A DNA stretch of 64,000 nt from Candidatus Bathyarchaeia archaeon (lineage in GTDB: Archaea > Thermoproteota > Bathyarchaeia > 40CM-2-53-6), in assembly GCA_050013255.1 (NCBI GenBank), contig JBEKFP010000002.1, positions 416,001-480,000 on the forward strand, in the 5' to 3' direction. Shown one piece after another: positions 10,167 through 20,600 of this stretch; position 1 is the stretch's first letter; each line of letters opens with the position of its first letter. The translations under genes were made by a program, and so were the position numbers. The notes beneath the pieces were generated by a model. That model ran no database searches, was not told where the DNA came from, and was given only the letters and a program-made list of their open reading frames with translations.

Positions 10167-10730
10167 TTGGAGGTCATCGATTGGTTCTATCAAGTCTTCG
10201 TCTGCTACGAAGAGTTGACTCATCTGCATCGACTGAGGGATTACCGTCAGTCTCGGATTCCCATACCATCGCTTCACCTCCAGACGCGTCGGGGCTGAAC
10301 CAGAAATAAAAGCGCTGGTTGTCCAGCGCAGCCCTCCAGCCCAGCAATTCACCGGGCGAGCTTGACCATTTAGCCAGTCAGGTTTTACGTGGTCAACAAC
10401 CAGCAACCAACATCGGCCCAGTCGGCTCTTTCGGGTACCAGAAACCCACATCCCGCCGTTGCCGGGGCTTCATCAACTGACGACTACCTTTGCCTACGAT
10501 TTCGAGCATGTATAAGGTGGATAGGTGGGTGGAAGTAATCAGCAGACGACGGACAGAACCAATCGATTCAAGATTCCTGCTGGAGTACTTTCTCTTTGAC
10601 AACATGCGAACATACCAACCGGCGATTGCATAATCGCGTCAACCGCTCTGGCAAAGAAAGCCAGGATCCTCTCAGATGAGGATCTCATCACTATGAGGAG
10701 ATCAAAGGCAAATCGAATACCTGGTTCTAG
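10167..10730 (+). pseudogene. vapC: vapC pseudogene (paralogue of 11711..12103), interrupted by a MITE and internally deleted
   Basis: TTG GAG GTC ATC GAT|insert|TCA AGA TTC CTG CTG GAG TAC; 3' part matches ~11985-12120 with a ~225-bp deletion and frameshifts. Confidence 0.85.
10183..10560 (-). mobile_element. 378-bp non-coding MITE with IS6-like TIRs and putative structured-RNA interior (copy A)
   Basis: Ends GGTTCTATC.../...GACAGAACC; flanks CATCGATT (10175-82) and AATCGATT (10561-68); interior homologous to 61462-61819. Confidence 0.85.
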
Positions 10731-10894
10731 AAAGCCACTCCCGTATCCTAGCAGAAAACCATCGTAAGCCCTCTACCAGACTTGAACAAGTAACGCGCTG
10801 AGCTAAGTCCCTGTTTGAGCCGATCATCTCAAGCCGTGCAACAAAGTCGCTCTAGCTCATGGCATACGGTTCCATACCCAGAGACTCAGCCTCC

Positions 10895-11368
10895 TCAATC
10901 CGAAGACGACTCACTGATCGCTTTGCTCGAGACGAACCTTCCGTATCTTCTGGACAGTAAATCGAGCATCTGCCTGGGTGAAAGGATCCTAATTCCTTTG
11001 AATTTCTTGATGTCCAGCAGGTGATGGTCTCCGCTGACCACGAATTCGCATTTTCCATCGTAGGCTGCGTTCAGAATCGTGTTGTCTGCAGGATCCTCTT
11101 TCACGGCCTTGAACTCAGATCTTACCTCAATCATCTGAGACGTCTTCCTGAGGAGTCTCGCCAACTCTTCAACGTTGGCGAGAGTGTAGTCAAACCTGAC
11201 GAGCAGCTCATCCCTTGACATCACTCGCACAAATTCTCGGATTATTTGTTCAGAGAGAACAAGTTGCACGTCTTCAAGGGTCAGGGCGACGTCCAACACT
11301 CTTGCTGAATTCCCTGTCCTTGAAATGAAGGCGGAGACCAATACGTTTGTGTCGAGTATTACTCTCAT
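10895..11368 (-). CDS. PIN-family putative toxin
   Basis: MRVILDTNVLVSA, DPADNTILNAA, VVSGDHHLL. Confidence 0.92.
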   Translation of the reverse strand: MRVILDTNVLVSAFISRTGNSARVLDVALTLEDVQLVLSEQIIREFVRVMSRDELLVRFDYTLANVEELARLLRKTSQMIEVRSEFKAVKEDPADNTILNAAYDGKCEFVVSGDHHLLDIKKFKGIRILSPRQMLDLLSRRYGRFVSSKAISESSSD

Positions 11369-11640
11369 TCACGCGACTTTCTAACAGCGTGGATGAGCCT
11401 CTCGATTTCCTTCTCTGAGAGGCCGTGCGTCTTGGCAGAAGATCTGGCCTCAGCGAGAAGCTTCTTGAGTTTCAACTTCTCTTCGGAGAGTTGAAGCTTT
11501 CTCAGGACTATGATGTCTTCTAACCCGACGACGAGAAACTTGGTCCCTTCTTTCAATCCCATCTTTCTCCTGACTTGGGCCGGGATCACAACCTGCCCCT
11601 TTTGTGAAAGCCTGGTTAGTTCAAGAGCCATCCGATTCAC
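11365..11640 (-). CDS. AbrB/MazE-family antitoxin
   Basis: TRLSQKGQVVIPAQVRRKMGLKEG. Confidence 0.92.
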   Translation of the reverse strand: MNRMALELTRLSQKGQVVIPAQVRRKMGLKEGTKFLVVGLEDIIVLRKLQLSEEKLKLKKLLAEARSSAKTHGLSEKEIERLIHAVRKSRE

Positions 11641-11642
11641 TC

Positions 11643-11660
11643 AGTAAGATATGTCTTACT
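11643..11660. promoter_or_regulatory. Probable AbrB operator, perfect palindrome AGTAAGA-TATG-TCTTACT
   Basis: Immediately upstream of the abrB-like gene. Confidence 0.6.
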
Positions 11661-11710
11661 TCCGCTATATGTGCCTATGTCGTTCGTTCAAAGGGCTTCC
11701 CCATTTATCC

Positions 11711-12103
11711 TTGGACGTCGATTCAAGATTCCTGCTGGAGTACTTTCTCTCTGACAACCAGGAGACAAAGTCGAGGGCTTCCAAGCGGCTCAGAAGCATA
11801 GTGGAGAAGAGAACTGGCATCCTACCTACGATAGTTGTGGCCGAAATCGTGTGCTACGTCTCCGACAAACGCGGGAGGGAAGAAGCAACCCTCAGATACC
11901 TATCTCTTAAGAGAAGCGGCCTCACAATCGCCGACCTTACAGCCGAGATAGCAAGAGAAGCAGGCCTCCTGAAGAGCATACACCCGAACATACCAACCGG
12001 CGACTGCATAATCGCGTCAACCGCTCTAGCGAAAAAAGCCAAGATCCTCTCAGATGATCACCACTATGACGAGATCAAAGGCATATCAAGAACCTCGTTC
12101 TAG
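11711..12103 (+). CDS. vapC: Orphan VapC toxin with chimeric 5' end
   Basis: DSRFLLEYF, VVAEI, PTGDCIIASTA, ILSDDHHY; 11695-11720 matches 8515-8540. Confidence 0.8.
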   Translation: MDVDSRFLLEYFLSDNQETKSRASKRLRSIVEKRTGILPTIVVAEIVCYVSDKRGREEATLRYLSLKRSGLTIADLTAEIAREAGLLKSIHPNIPTGDCIIASTALAKKAKILSDDHHYDEIKGISRTSF

Positions 12104-12229
12104 ACAGCCACTGCCGTATCCGAATGGAAAGCAAGGCGAGCAGCCAGTTTTCATTGTTTCCCGGCCTTGCTGCGTTAGTGGGTGTTGAGGTTCGCCCCGC
12201 GATTGAGACAAGCCTCACTGCCGAGCCTC

Positions 12230-12706
12230 CTATTGTTCAAGAAGAAGTTCAACTGTTTGTCTGGTTGTCCTCGCCTTTGTGACTTTCCTCAGCAACTCCT
12301 TGTCTCCCGTGACCAAGATCTCGCAGTCCAGTTCGCTAAATCCTGCTAGGACGTGCACATCTTTCTTGTCCGCTAGTCTCGAGGAGTACTTTCGAAGTTG
12401 TGACCGTTTCAGGCTTTCGCTTACCCGGATACATTTACTTGTGTATGAAAGGAATGCGGCGATTTCTTCTTCGCTTAACCCGAACTCCTCTGCGTGGAGA
12501 ACCCCGTTAACCTCATCGATGACATAACGCGTCGTCACTAGTGTGCAGAGACCGGTTTTCCCTAGCCTGAGTAGGAGGGCCTCGTTTCCTTCAAAGAGGA
12601 GACCACTGACGATCGTGTTTGCGTCAACGAAAATCGTGAGCCGTCTCTTTCCAGAGTTTTGCTCGTTCTCTCTCCACAATTTCATTAACACGTGCCATTG
12701 TCGCAC
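12230..12706 (-). CDS. PIN-family putative toxin
   Basis: IFVDANTIVSGL, DKKDVHVLA, LVTGDKELL; real start uncertain (~12640-12690). Confidence 0.88.
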   Translation of the reverse strand: MRQWHVLMKLWRENEQNSGKRRLTIFVDANTIVSGLLFEGNEALLLRLGKTGLCTLVTTRYVIDEVNGVLHAEEFGLSEEEIAAFLSYTSKCIRVSESLKRSQLRKYSSRLADKKDVHVLAGFSELDCEILVTGDKELLRKVTKARTTRQTVELLLEQ

Positions 12707-12893
12707 CAGTCTTCTTAAACCTCTTACGGAGAATCCTCAAAGTCTCCTCGTCGGCCTCAAACGGTCTAAGCAAAACCACGTCGCCCACGTCGTCAAGGAC
12801 AACGAGGGACGCGCCCCGCAGGCCAAGTTTCTCCCTCATCTTCTTCGGTATGGTTATTTGTCCTGCAGAAGTTAGTTTGCTCACATAGCTCAT
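12624..12893 (-). CDS. AbrB/MazE-family antitoxin
   Basis: SKLTSAGQITIPKKMREKLGL. Confidence 0.9.
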   Translation of the reverse strand: MSYVSKLTSAGQITIPKKMREKLGLRGASLVVLDDVGDVVLLRPFEADEETLRILRKRFKKTGATMARVNEIVERERAKLWKETAHDFR

Positions 12894-12899
12894 AACTGG

Positions 12900-12931
12900 T
12901 CTAAGCCATCTAATGATTTCTTAGATATAAG
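12900..12931 (-). promoter_or_regulatory. Imperfect palindrome TCTAAG..ATC-TAAT-GAT..CTTAGA plus TATA box (TTATAT on the minus strand)
   Basis: Directly upstream of the abrB-like ATG at 12893. Confidence 0.5.
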
Positions 12932-13139
12932 AACACAGCGTCGGTATTTGCTTCTCTGGGAAGCAGGTTGAGTGGGGACCACTCTTAGTTGAATGTCGTC
13001 TTGAAAATGCTTGGCCATGACGCTGTTGAGTTTGTACTTGTCGCTAGGACCAAGATCACCGATCATTAAGGCTCGAATTGTCCATCCCATTGTAATTGTT
13101 CTCTTGAACGTCTTTTGGATGGTAATCGTCGGATATCTT

Positions 13140-13346
13140 TCTACACGCGAGAAGGTTATGCGCCACTTGAAGAAGGCTCAGTCAGCCGACAAAGTGTTCA
13201 AAGGTTTCCGAGCCTACTACAACTTCGTACGCCCACACATGGCATTAGAGAACCACACGCCAGCACAAGCCGCCGCAATCCCAATCGAACTAGGCACAAA
13301 CAGATGGCTAGACCTAATCCGACAAGCAGCAAGAAACAGAAACTAA
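13140..13346 (+). pseudogene. C-terminal remnant of an archaeal DDE (IS6-like) transposase
   Basis: REKVMRHLK..GFRAYYNFVRPHMALENHTPAQAAAI..NRWLDLI; catalytic N-terminal part absent. Confidence 0.8.
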
Positions 13347-13480
13347 CTGTTTTCTTCGCACATAACCATGTTTCGATTCGTGAAAACTAGGGGAACCCGT
13401 AAGAGCGTGACTCCTTACTTAACCTAATCAGGAAAGAAAGTTGAAATTCATCAAAGCCGAAACGAGAGGAGATGAGTTGA

Positions 13481-13696
13481 ATGCTTTCGTTACTTTATGA
13501 TTTGATTCTTCGCGTAATCATCATTATTGCTCTTACTGACGCAATCATATTTTACCTGATATCCATAAAGAGCCAGAAGATAACGAGATTCGGCTATGGC
13601 GTACTGACGTTCTTGGTCATTGTTGTTACGTTGATACCGCTCATCATTAACATTTGGTTCGTCCTATGGAGATACGGCGTACTCAATGTGCGTTAG
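13481..13696 (+). CDS. Small AT-rich membrane protein
   Basis: Two TM segments; possible cargo gene. Confidence 0.55.
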   Translation: MLSLLYDLILRVIIIIALTDAIIFYLISIKSQKITRFGYGVLTFLVIVVTLIPLIINIWFVLWRYGVLNVR

Positions 13697-13708
13697 GAGG
13701 GAAGAAAG

Positions 13709-13984
13709 TTGAAAGGATTAACGAGCAAAGAACACCTATTCCTGCGAGTACTGTCTACTGTTATTTTCATTAATGCCGTTGTTTTCTATAATGCTTCACG
13801 TTACATGCAAACTTTCGTAGCTAATTTCTTTGAAGTCATAGCGTTTACTACTGGTCTTACGCTGTTCGTTCTTACGATACAACTGTTATTCTGGTGGAAG
13901 TATCTACGAAAACCGGACAATCAGCGATTTTGGGTTTGGGATTTTTGGACTCTAATTTCTCGGAAACCAGAGAACTCGAACTAG
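13709..13984 (+). CDS. Small AT-rich membrane protein
   Basis: Two TM segments, GGAGG SD upstream. Confidence 0.6.
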   Translation: MKGLTSKEHLFLRVLSTVIFINAVVFYNASRYMQTFVANFFEVIAFTTGLTLFVLTIQLLFWWKYLRKPDNQRFWVWDFWTLISRKPENSN

Positions 13985-14188
13985 ACTGAGCTACTTTTTG
14001 GGTTCTGAACTGCCCCAGAACGCTAGAACACTACCACCCGATAACGCAACAGAGCACCTGGAGGGGGGGTGGTGCAATTTTGTTGGGTCAACATGTTACT
14101 TTGTTGCGCAAGGAAAAGGGTGGAGAGAGAAAGTATGGTGGAATCGCTAACGATAAAAAGCGCCTCAGCGTTTGTTGTGTAGATTCTA

Positions 14189-14902
14189 ATGTTGAAAGGT
14201 AAGTTTGCGATCTGGCTAATCCTCCTGCTCATCCCGTTGCTCTTGATGGCTTCGCAAAGCGTGCAGAGCCAGGAGTACACGACCACAACAACCCTGGCCA
14301 CTACCACCGTCGCGGTTGGAACCCAAACTCTCACAACCACGCAGCCTCAGACGCGACCGATCTTCTCGGCGCCCCTTACGATTCCGCCTACGCATGGAGT
14401 GTGCGGAATCTTCTTCGTGCAACCCTTCAACGCTACCGTCGGAGATGTTCTTACCGGAACTATGACCTCGGACAGTAAGGTTGACTTCTACGTGATGACC
14501 GATACGGCCTTCCAGGCCTGGAGCCACCAGGTCGTAGCCGGAGGAACCTGCACACCAGCTAGCCCCGTCCTAAGCCAACAAGGCACGACCTCATTTAATT
14601 TCACCACCACCATACCCTCCAACGGTGTCTACGAACTTGTCATAGACAACCTCTCCCACTCAACCGTGAACGGACAACTCACCGCTGCACTTACTGTTGC
14701 GGCGCCGGCCGTGGTCACGGCCACCGTATATTCAACTGTGACTCAAGAAAATATTCAAACGGTCATGCAGACCTCAACGCAAAACACTGGCAGCCCCACC
14801 TCTGGGACCATGCCTTTGATTGTCGTAGCGCTGATCGTTGTGATCCTCGCCGTTCTCATCTATGCGGCTAGAAAGAAACGACTCCACGCTGCAAGCAAGT
14901 AA
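14189..14902 (+). CDS. Secreted Thr-rich membrane-anchored protein
   Basis: Signal peptide, Thr tracts, beta-sandwich-like core (VDFYVM..GVYELVIDN), C-terminal TM plus RKKR. Confidence 0.82.
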   Translation: MLKGKFAIWLILLLIPLLLMASQSVQSQEYTTTTTLATTTVAVGTQTLTTTQPQTRPIFSAPLTIPPTHGVCGIFFVQPFNATVGDVLTGTMTSDSKVDFYVMTDTAFQAWSHQVVAGGTCTPASPVLSQQGTTSFNFTTTIPSNGVYELVIDNLSHSTVNGQLTAALTVAAPAVVTATVYSTVTQENIQTVMQTSTQNTGSPTSGTMPLIVVALIVVILAVLIYAARKKRLHAASK

Positions 14903-15038
14903 CTCCCCAAAATCTCCGTAATAGCAGGTTCTAGAGAAACGACTCTTCCCTAATCACGGTATGTCCCTAGCCGTCTAGGGAATAACTATCGATGGTCTGC
15001 CTACCGAGTAACAGATCCGATTCGATTCCAAGAACCCT

Positions 15039-15530
15039 TCATAACCTGTTGAACTGTAAGACCTGGGGATCACGTTTCATCTTGTTCCATCGGGCTATCA
15101 TACGCCTGTAGTTTGCGCCGAGTGCTCTCGGCAGCTGCCTAGTCCAGCGGAAGTTTGAAAACTCGCTACCGTCGGCTCTTGCCTGGCCTTTAAGATGCTT
15201 GGCTGCTATGCAAACAGGAAGATCGGAGCGTAAAGGGAACCTTATCGGAAAGACGCCTACCAAGAATAGATCACGGGCAGAAAGACCATACTCTGCAAGT
15301 ATCCTTCTGGCTGCAGTTTGCAGGCGTTCACCTTTGCCGATGCGGCCTCCGGGAAGAGCCCACACGTTTCTGTAGGGCGGTATTTGTCGCCATCCGAGAA
15401 GCACCCTGCCTTTGGAATCCTCAACAATGACATCTACACACGGAATTGGGATGTATCGTTTTACTTGATTCCACAGCCCGTCCGGCATCCACTCAATTGA
15501 TTTCTTTCGTCGCAAAAGAGGGGAAGACAT
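15039..15530 (-). CDS. NUDIX hydrolase (GDP-mannose mannosyl hydrolase-like)
   Basis: IPCVDVIV..VLLGWR..PYRNVWALPGGRIGKGERLQTAARRILAEYGL. Confidence 0.82.
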   Translation of the reverse strand: MSSPLLRRKKSIEWMPDGLWNQVKRYIPIPCVDVIVEDSKGRVLLGWRQIPPYRNVWALPGGRIGKGERLQTAARRILAEYGLSARDLFLVGVFPIRFPLRSDLPVCIAAKHLKGQARADGSEFSNFRWTRQLPRALGANYRRMIARWNKMKRDPQVLQFNRL

Positions 15531-15640
15531 TCGAGAGACCGCTCACTGCCCGGGGTTCGCTTACGTGTAAGCTTTTGGTCGATGTCGCGTACCTTGACAT
15601 TAGAATCAAGCCCGAAGACTCTCAATCGAAGAAGGTATAA

Positions 15641-17260
15641 TCACTGGTCAGAGACAACCATCATAGCCAGCAATTTACGCGCAAACCCTAACCGCGAGCC
15701 CAGGTACCTGGAAACCAAATCTAAGTCATCCTTTCTAACGGTTTTCAGCAAACGGAGCACAGCCAAGTACGTGATGCCTCCAAGCACAACATAGACGGGA
15801 AGCAAAAGCCTGCTGTAGAGGATCATCTGCGCGCCGAAGAGAACAACCGACATAACAATCCCTGCCACTAAACTTTTCCAGATCGCCTCAACATCAAGAC
15901 CCATCGCCTTCCTTCTATCTAGAACCAAAAGCACGAACCCAGCACTAGCCACCATTGCTAGACCCCGTGCAACTGAGGTTCCAACGATTCCCCAAATTGG
16001 TAGAAGGAAATATGCGGATGCGAGGCCGACCAAGACTGAGGCTGCCGTAGCAACCATTGACATCCGAGTTCCGGATATTGCGACTAACATAGGGGTCACC
16101 CCCACGCTAAATGCGGTTAAACCGAAGGCAAGGCACAGTATCATCAGCGGCAAAGTTCCACCAACGTAGGCTTCACCGACAAAGACGGTGAGAGCAGGCT
16201 TTGCTACGGCAAGGAGGCCAAATGTCAAAGGAACAATCGTAAGACTCGCGTAGCGTGAAGCCAACCGTGTTGCCTTCCTACCACTTTCAAATCCGTCGCC
16301 TCGGCTACTCATATTTGAGAACACGGGGAGAAGGGCATTACTTATCGAAACAGAAATCCCTGCTAAGGCAGAGAAAGCGAACAACATTGCGTTATACACG
16401 CCCAAGGCCGCGAGGGGAACAAACGCTACAAGCAAGGCGCGGTCGAACCAGCTATACCCGAAGTTGAGCACGCTCCCAATATTCAAGGGCCAAGAAAAAC
16501 CAAGCAGCTTTCTAACCGAGAAAACTCCGCTAGGCCAGCCAACGACTCGAAAGATGTACACTAAATACGCCGCGAAAGTCGCCAAATCAGATAATACCCA
16601 AGCGATCACTAAACCAACAAAATCATGCAAGAGAATAATCAGCACAATGATCAAGCACTGCCTCAACAGAACTCCGGCCACGCCTATAGTAGATGCCGCC
16701 CTGAATCTCTGCAACCCGAAGAGTGTACCGATGGCGACAGGCAATGCTCCTGCAAAAATCAAAATGTCCAAAGCTAGAAATCTGAAGAGATATGCATCCG
16801 CCCCCGCTCCGAGTAGCGCCGAAGCCAACGTAGGCGAAAGAAGAAAGACGACCACAGCTAGCGGAACCGAGAAGAATATGCTGACTCGAATGGTTTGGTA
16901 AAATATAGCAGAGATGGCCGCGTTTTGGTTGGGATGCAATTCGCCGATGAATTTTGTGGCGGCTTGTTGAAACGCCGCACCATCAAGTGCTTGGCAGAAA
17001 GCCGTTACGAGTGAGAGTACAGCGAGAATGCCCATCTGTTCAGGTGTTATTATGCGCGCTAGGATTGCGAATGCGACTACCTGAGCCACAGTTGTAATTA
17101 CGTTCTGGATGGCGAGATAAGACGCGCCGCGTGAAACAATGATGGCTGGGGTTGCACCTGGTGACCTCCACCCCAATTGCTGGCTGGCTTCCAAAACGTT
17201 GCCGCGAAAAGTCTCTATCATGCTCTGTACCAGCGCTCTACAGCGGGAATAAGCCTCCAT
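15641..17260 (-). CDS. Oligosaccharide flippase (Wzx/RfbX, MOP family)
   Basis: ~12-14 TM, ILARIITPEQMG, LLGFSWPL, DRALLV..LGVYN; start probably ~17160. Confidence 0.87.
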   Translation of the reverse strand: MEAYSRCRALVQSMIETFRGNVLEASQQLGWRSPGATPAIIVSRGASYLAIQNVITTVAQVVAFAILARIITPEQMGILAVLSLVTAFCQALDGAAFQQAATKFIGELHPNQNAAISAIFYQTIRVSIFFSVPLAVVVFLLSPTLASALLGAGADAYLFRFLALDILIFAGALPVAIGTLFGLQRFRAASTIGVAGVLLRQCLIIVLIILLHDFVGLVIAWVLSDLATFAAYLVYIFRVVGWPSGVFSVRKLLGFSWPLNIGSVLNFGYSWFDRALLVAFVPLAALGVYNAMLFAFSALAGISVSISNALLPVFSNMSSRGDGFESGRKATRLASRYASLTIVPLTFGLLAVAKPALTVFVGEAYVGGTLPLMILCLAFGLTAFSVGVTPMLVAISGTRMSMVATAASVLVGLASAYFLLPIWGIVGTSVARGLAMVASAGFVLLVLDRRKAMGLDVEAIWKSLVAGIVMSVVLFGAQMILYSRLLLPVYVVLGGITYLAVLRLLKTVRKDDLDLVSRYLGSRLGFARKLLAMMVVSDQ

Positions 17261-17625
17261 TGGCGGTAGCTGCAGAGATAAATGGTTGCGGGCAGTCCGA
17301 CCGACTGAGCTGCAACGTTGGAATCACGAATCTGCAGTTTTCTAACTGACCTTGCAATCTTACGTGAATCGTAAGGAGATTACGCCACGATAACTAAGTC
17401 GGCCAGTTGACCTTCGCGAAAAGGGACGTCGATTTCGAACAAAGCTACCCTTTGTTTTTCTTAAACGGAGGAAGGTTGGTCGGAAGCTTATATGGATAAC
17501 TAGGGCGTTTCTTCTAGCTCTTGCAATATGTCCGGAAACAACCATGGTCTTAAATGTACAGGAGTGGCATGACCGGTTAGGCCTTAATGCAGTCAGCAAA
17601 GGCTAATCCTTGAGGAACGGGCGAA

Positions 17626-20600
17626 ATGAGTAGGAAACTTGCCGCTTTAGTAGTCGTAACCATTATGCTATTTGGCGTTTTTGCCGTTAGCGCTCCGGTT
17701 CAGGCCCATTTTACACTCGGGGATTTGACTGGAACATATCGCTATCATCTGAACGATTTTGACCCGCATGTCACGGGCGTGATTGGTTACGTATGGCCGG
17801 GAGGAGGCATCAATACTTACTCGGGGCTCCCGAACGTAGCAAGCTCGGTCCTCAGCCCCGGTTATCAATCGCCCTATCCAGGCGGTAACCCGGTTGGTGC
17901 GCCGAGCAATTCTTGGTACCAGCTTGAGAGCGACGCATACGCTCCCTTCGGAGCCATACTAACAGGCTCTTCAGGCGACTTGATTTTCGCGATCAACGCG
18001 ACCGCTGGTTTTGCTGGTAGATGGGGCGGACTGGGCATCTTGATTCCCCCAGGGTTCAGTGTCCCGAACATACCGCAGGTTGTTTCAACAATAACGAACG
18101 ATTACTCAGGCATCGCCGTGCTGAGGATTGGACCGTACGACCGCTACGCGCCGGGATGGACACTAATCGAGATCCTATCCGACGCTGGAATGGATAATGT
18201 GGCGCCAGCGGCCGGACCTTATTATGATCATCAAGCGATTGATTTCACTCCTGCTGGCGAATGGTATTATGTCCGAATCAATGGAGTTCTCGCGCCCTCA
18301 GTAGCTGGAAGGTACTTCTTCAAAATCCTTCTCTACTCTGCCACACCTTCAATTTGTGGTGAAGAAGGCGTCGGATCCGGAGTACCTCTTCCACCTCTTC
18401 CAGGCGAGAGCTGCTCCGAATTTATTCCAACAGAGAACTGGCCCGTGTTGCTGGTGAAGGGTGAAGTTGATCCAGCCATCGTAACCGGAACTCTCCGGTA
18501 CGCTGGATACAACGCGTCCCTTTACGGGCTACCAATCCAGGAGGCTGGACGCGTTTATGCGAAGATGACTACGCGCCTTGACCCCTACACTGGACAGCAA
18601 CGTTCCGATCTACCAACGGTTGACGCAGTTGGATACGTGAACGCAACGGCGACCGGCCACTATGAAGTGGAAGGTTTAGCGCCGGGCATTTACGACTTGT
18701 ACGCGTCCGCGGCGGGTTACCCGCAAACTCTCTGTGCTAGCGGCATAACGATTCTGAAGGGTCAATCCCTTCACTTCGACTGCTATTTGCAACCAGGCCC
18801 AGTGATACACGGCGACGTGTTCACGAAGCACCAATTCGGTGACGAACCATGGCCCCAGACAACTTATGTTAAGGTTGAATTGTATGATGGCCCGACACTC
18901 AGTCATATACCAGATTCAAGTGCGAACCTGGTTTCTTGGTCACCATTGCCATGCGTTGCGGGAGGACAGGAACTTTACACTGGAATTTACACGGCGGGCG
19001 CTTGTGGCGACCCTAGGAATGGGGGAGCGATTGCGTTCCCGTGGCATGAATACGTTCCATCAAACGGCTACGGTTCACCGTCAGCGGCTGCCCCAAGTTA
19101 CTACCAAGTATCAACCGACGCCGCAGGCCTTCTGAATCCAAATGGGATTAAGACACAGGACCCAATGGGCGTCGGTCCCCCGCAAAACTGGTATGTTGTA
19201 GGTGGCACAACCACACCATTCCATTTCGAGTTCGGCCTGAAGGGCGAGTACGGTGCCCCAAGGGACCTGGACGGCATGGTGCCACAGGTTTATGCAACTT
19301 GGGTGAACGGGCTTACACCGGGAAGGTACTATGCGAGAGCCTGGGTCTTCAGATATGTGCAGTCCGCCCTCGACGGTTCAACCTTCCAAGAATATTCGTT
19401 TGACATAACGCCAAACGAGTGGGCTGGAGACGTCACGCTACCAATCGACCTACGTTTGAGCAGTTGGATCAACAAGACCGTATACTTCCACGACACGGCT
19501 AATACGATTGAAACGGACCCGATCGATACAGGCGCTGGATTAATGTCCGGCGTACTTGTTGACGCGAACGGCCAAGTCTGGTCATACAACCAAACCCTAC
19601 TGGGCTACAATGGTCTCTACTCGACAGGTGCCAAGTCAGGCTGGGGCAGTAATGCGTTCTTCACTCCCACAACCGTTAGGACACGGAACGATCTCGACAA
19701 GGCAAGATTGAACGCGCATGCAATTGAAAGTGGACGAGCGAACATTCAGTTCTGGGGATGGAACGATACCTGGGGAGGAGAGAATTACGGCATCCCCTCC
19801 GGCATTTACACGCCGCATGTTTACGTCCTAGGATATTTGGAGCATGGCCCAGCGGAGCAAGTTTCCGTCACACTCAGCGGCACCCCAACCAGCGTTAGCG
19901 ATCACATCTACCGAGGTACAGGCTTCAACATAACCGTCCACTCAATCGACTGGGAGCACCCAGCCGTAGAAAGGAACTGGGTATGGGGTAACCCCGTCGG
20001 TTACACTGCTACCGGCCTAGCATCGCTGGGAAGTGGACCTAGCTTCCTGGGTGATCCGCGAGCACTCATGGTTGGGGAAGAAATTGATTTGGGAATTTAC
20101 CAGAACGGCACCTTGATAGACTTTATTGGAGATGAGCCAAGTGTTCTGCAAGATACCGTGCTTACCAGCTGCCTCTTCCAGAGTCAAACAAATTCCTCTG
20201 TCCAGCTGTGCGGAGGCGGATGGGACGCTCAATCCTCCCGCCTAGGCGGACTTATGCCATACGAGGGCAACAGTAATGACGCTTACTTCGGCCAAGAGTT
20301 GACCGATGTTGGTTTCGTTGGCGGTTACACTGGAGGATCCATATACCTTTCGACACGCTCGATCCTGTTCGCGCCAGCACACTACAGCCCAACCACACTT
20401 CCCGACGGCGGAACATACCATAGCGCTGTCACGGGTTACCTGCCCCTCTACCCATCAGCCATTCCAGCGGGACAGTATGATTTGCGAGGATACACTTACG
20501 GATACGTTCAGACGAGTAAATTCACAGTGTACACGTCACCCACGCAAGTTGCCGATATCAGACTTAACCTCTTGATCGGCGTCAACGTAACCCTAGACAT

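Noticed and set aside
10230-10360. Group I intron-like words (GGTGAATTGCTGGG, GAGACTGA, CAGTC) in the MITE RNA
   Set aside because: No room for P3'/P8 between GACTGA and CAGTC, the Q-like word sits in a local hairpin absent from copy B, and the element has TIRs and TSDs. Resemblance only.
10008-10451. 147-aa ORF (and 61695..61904) inside the MITEs
   Set aside because: The frame is not shared between copies: the copy A frame hits TGA in copy B, and small indels break it.
4000-15000. Integron cassette array
   Set aside because: Genes face both ways, with no consistent attC sites and no integrase.
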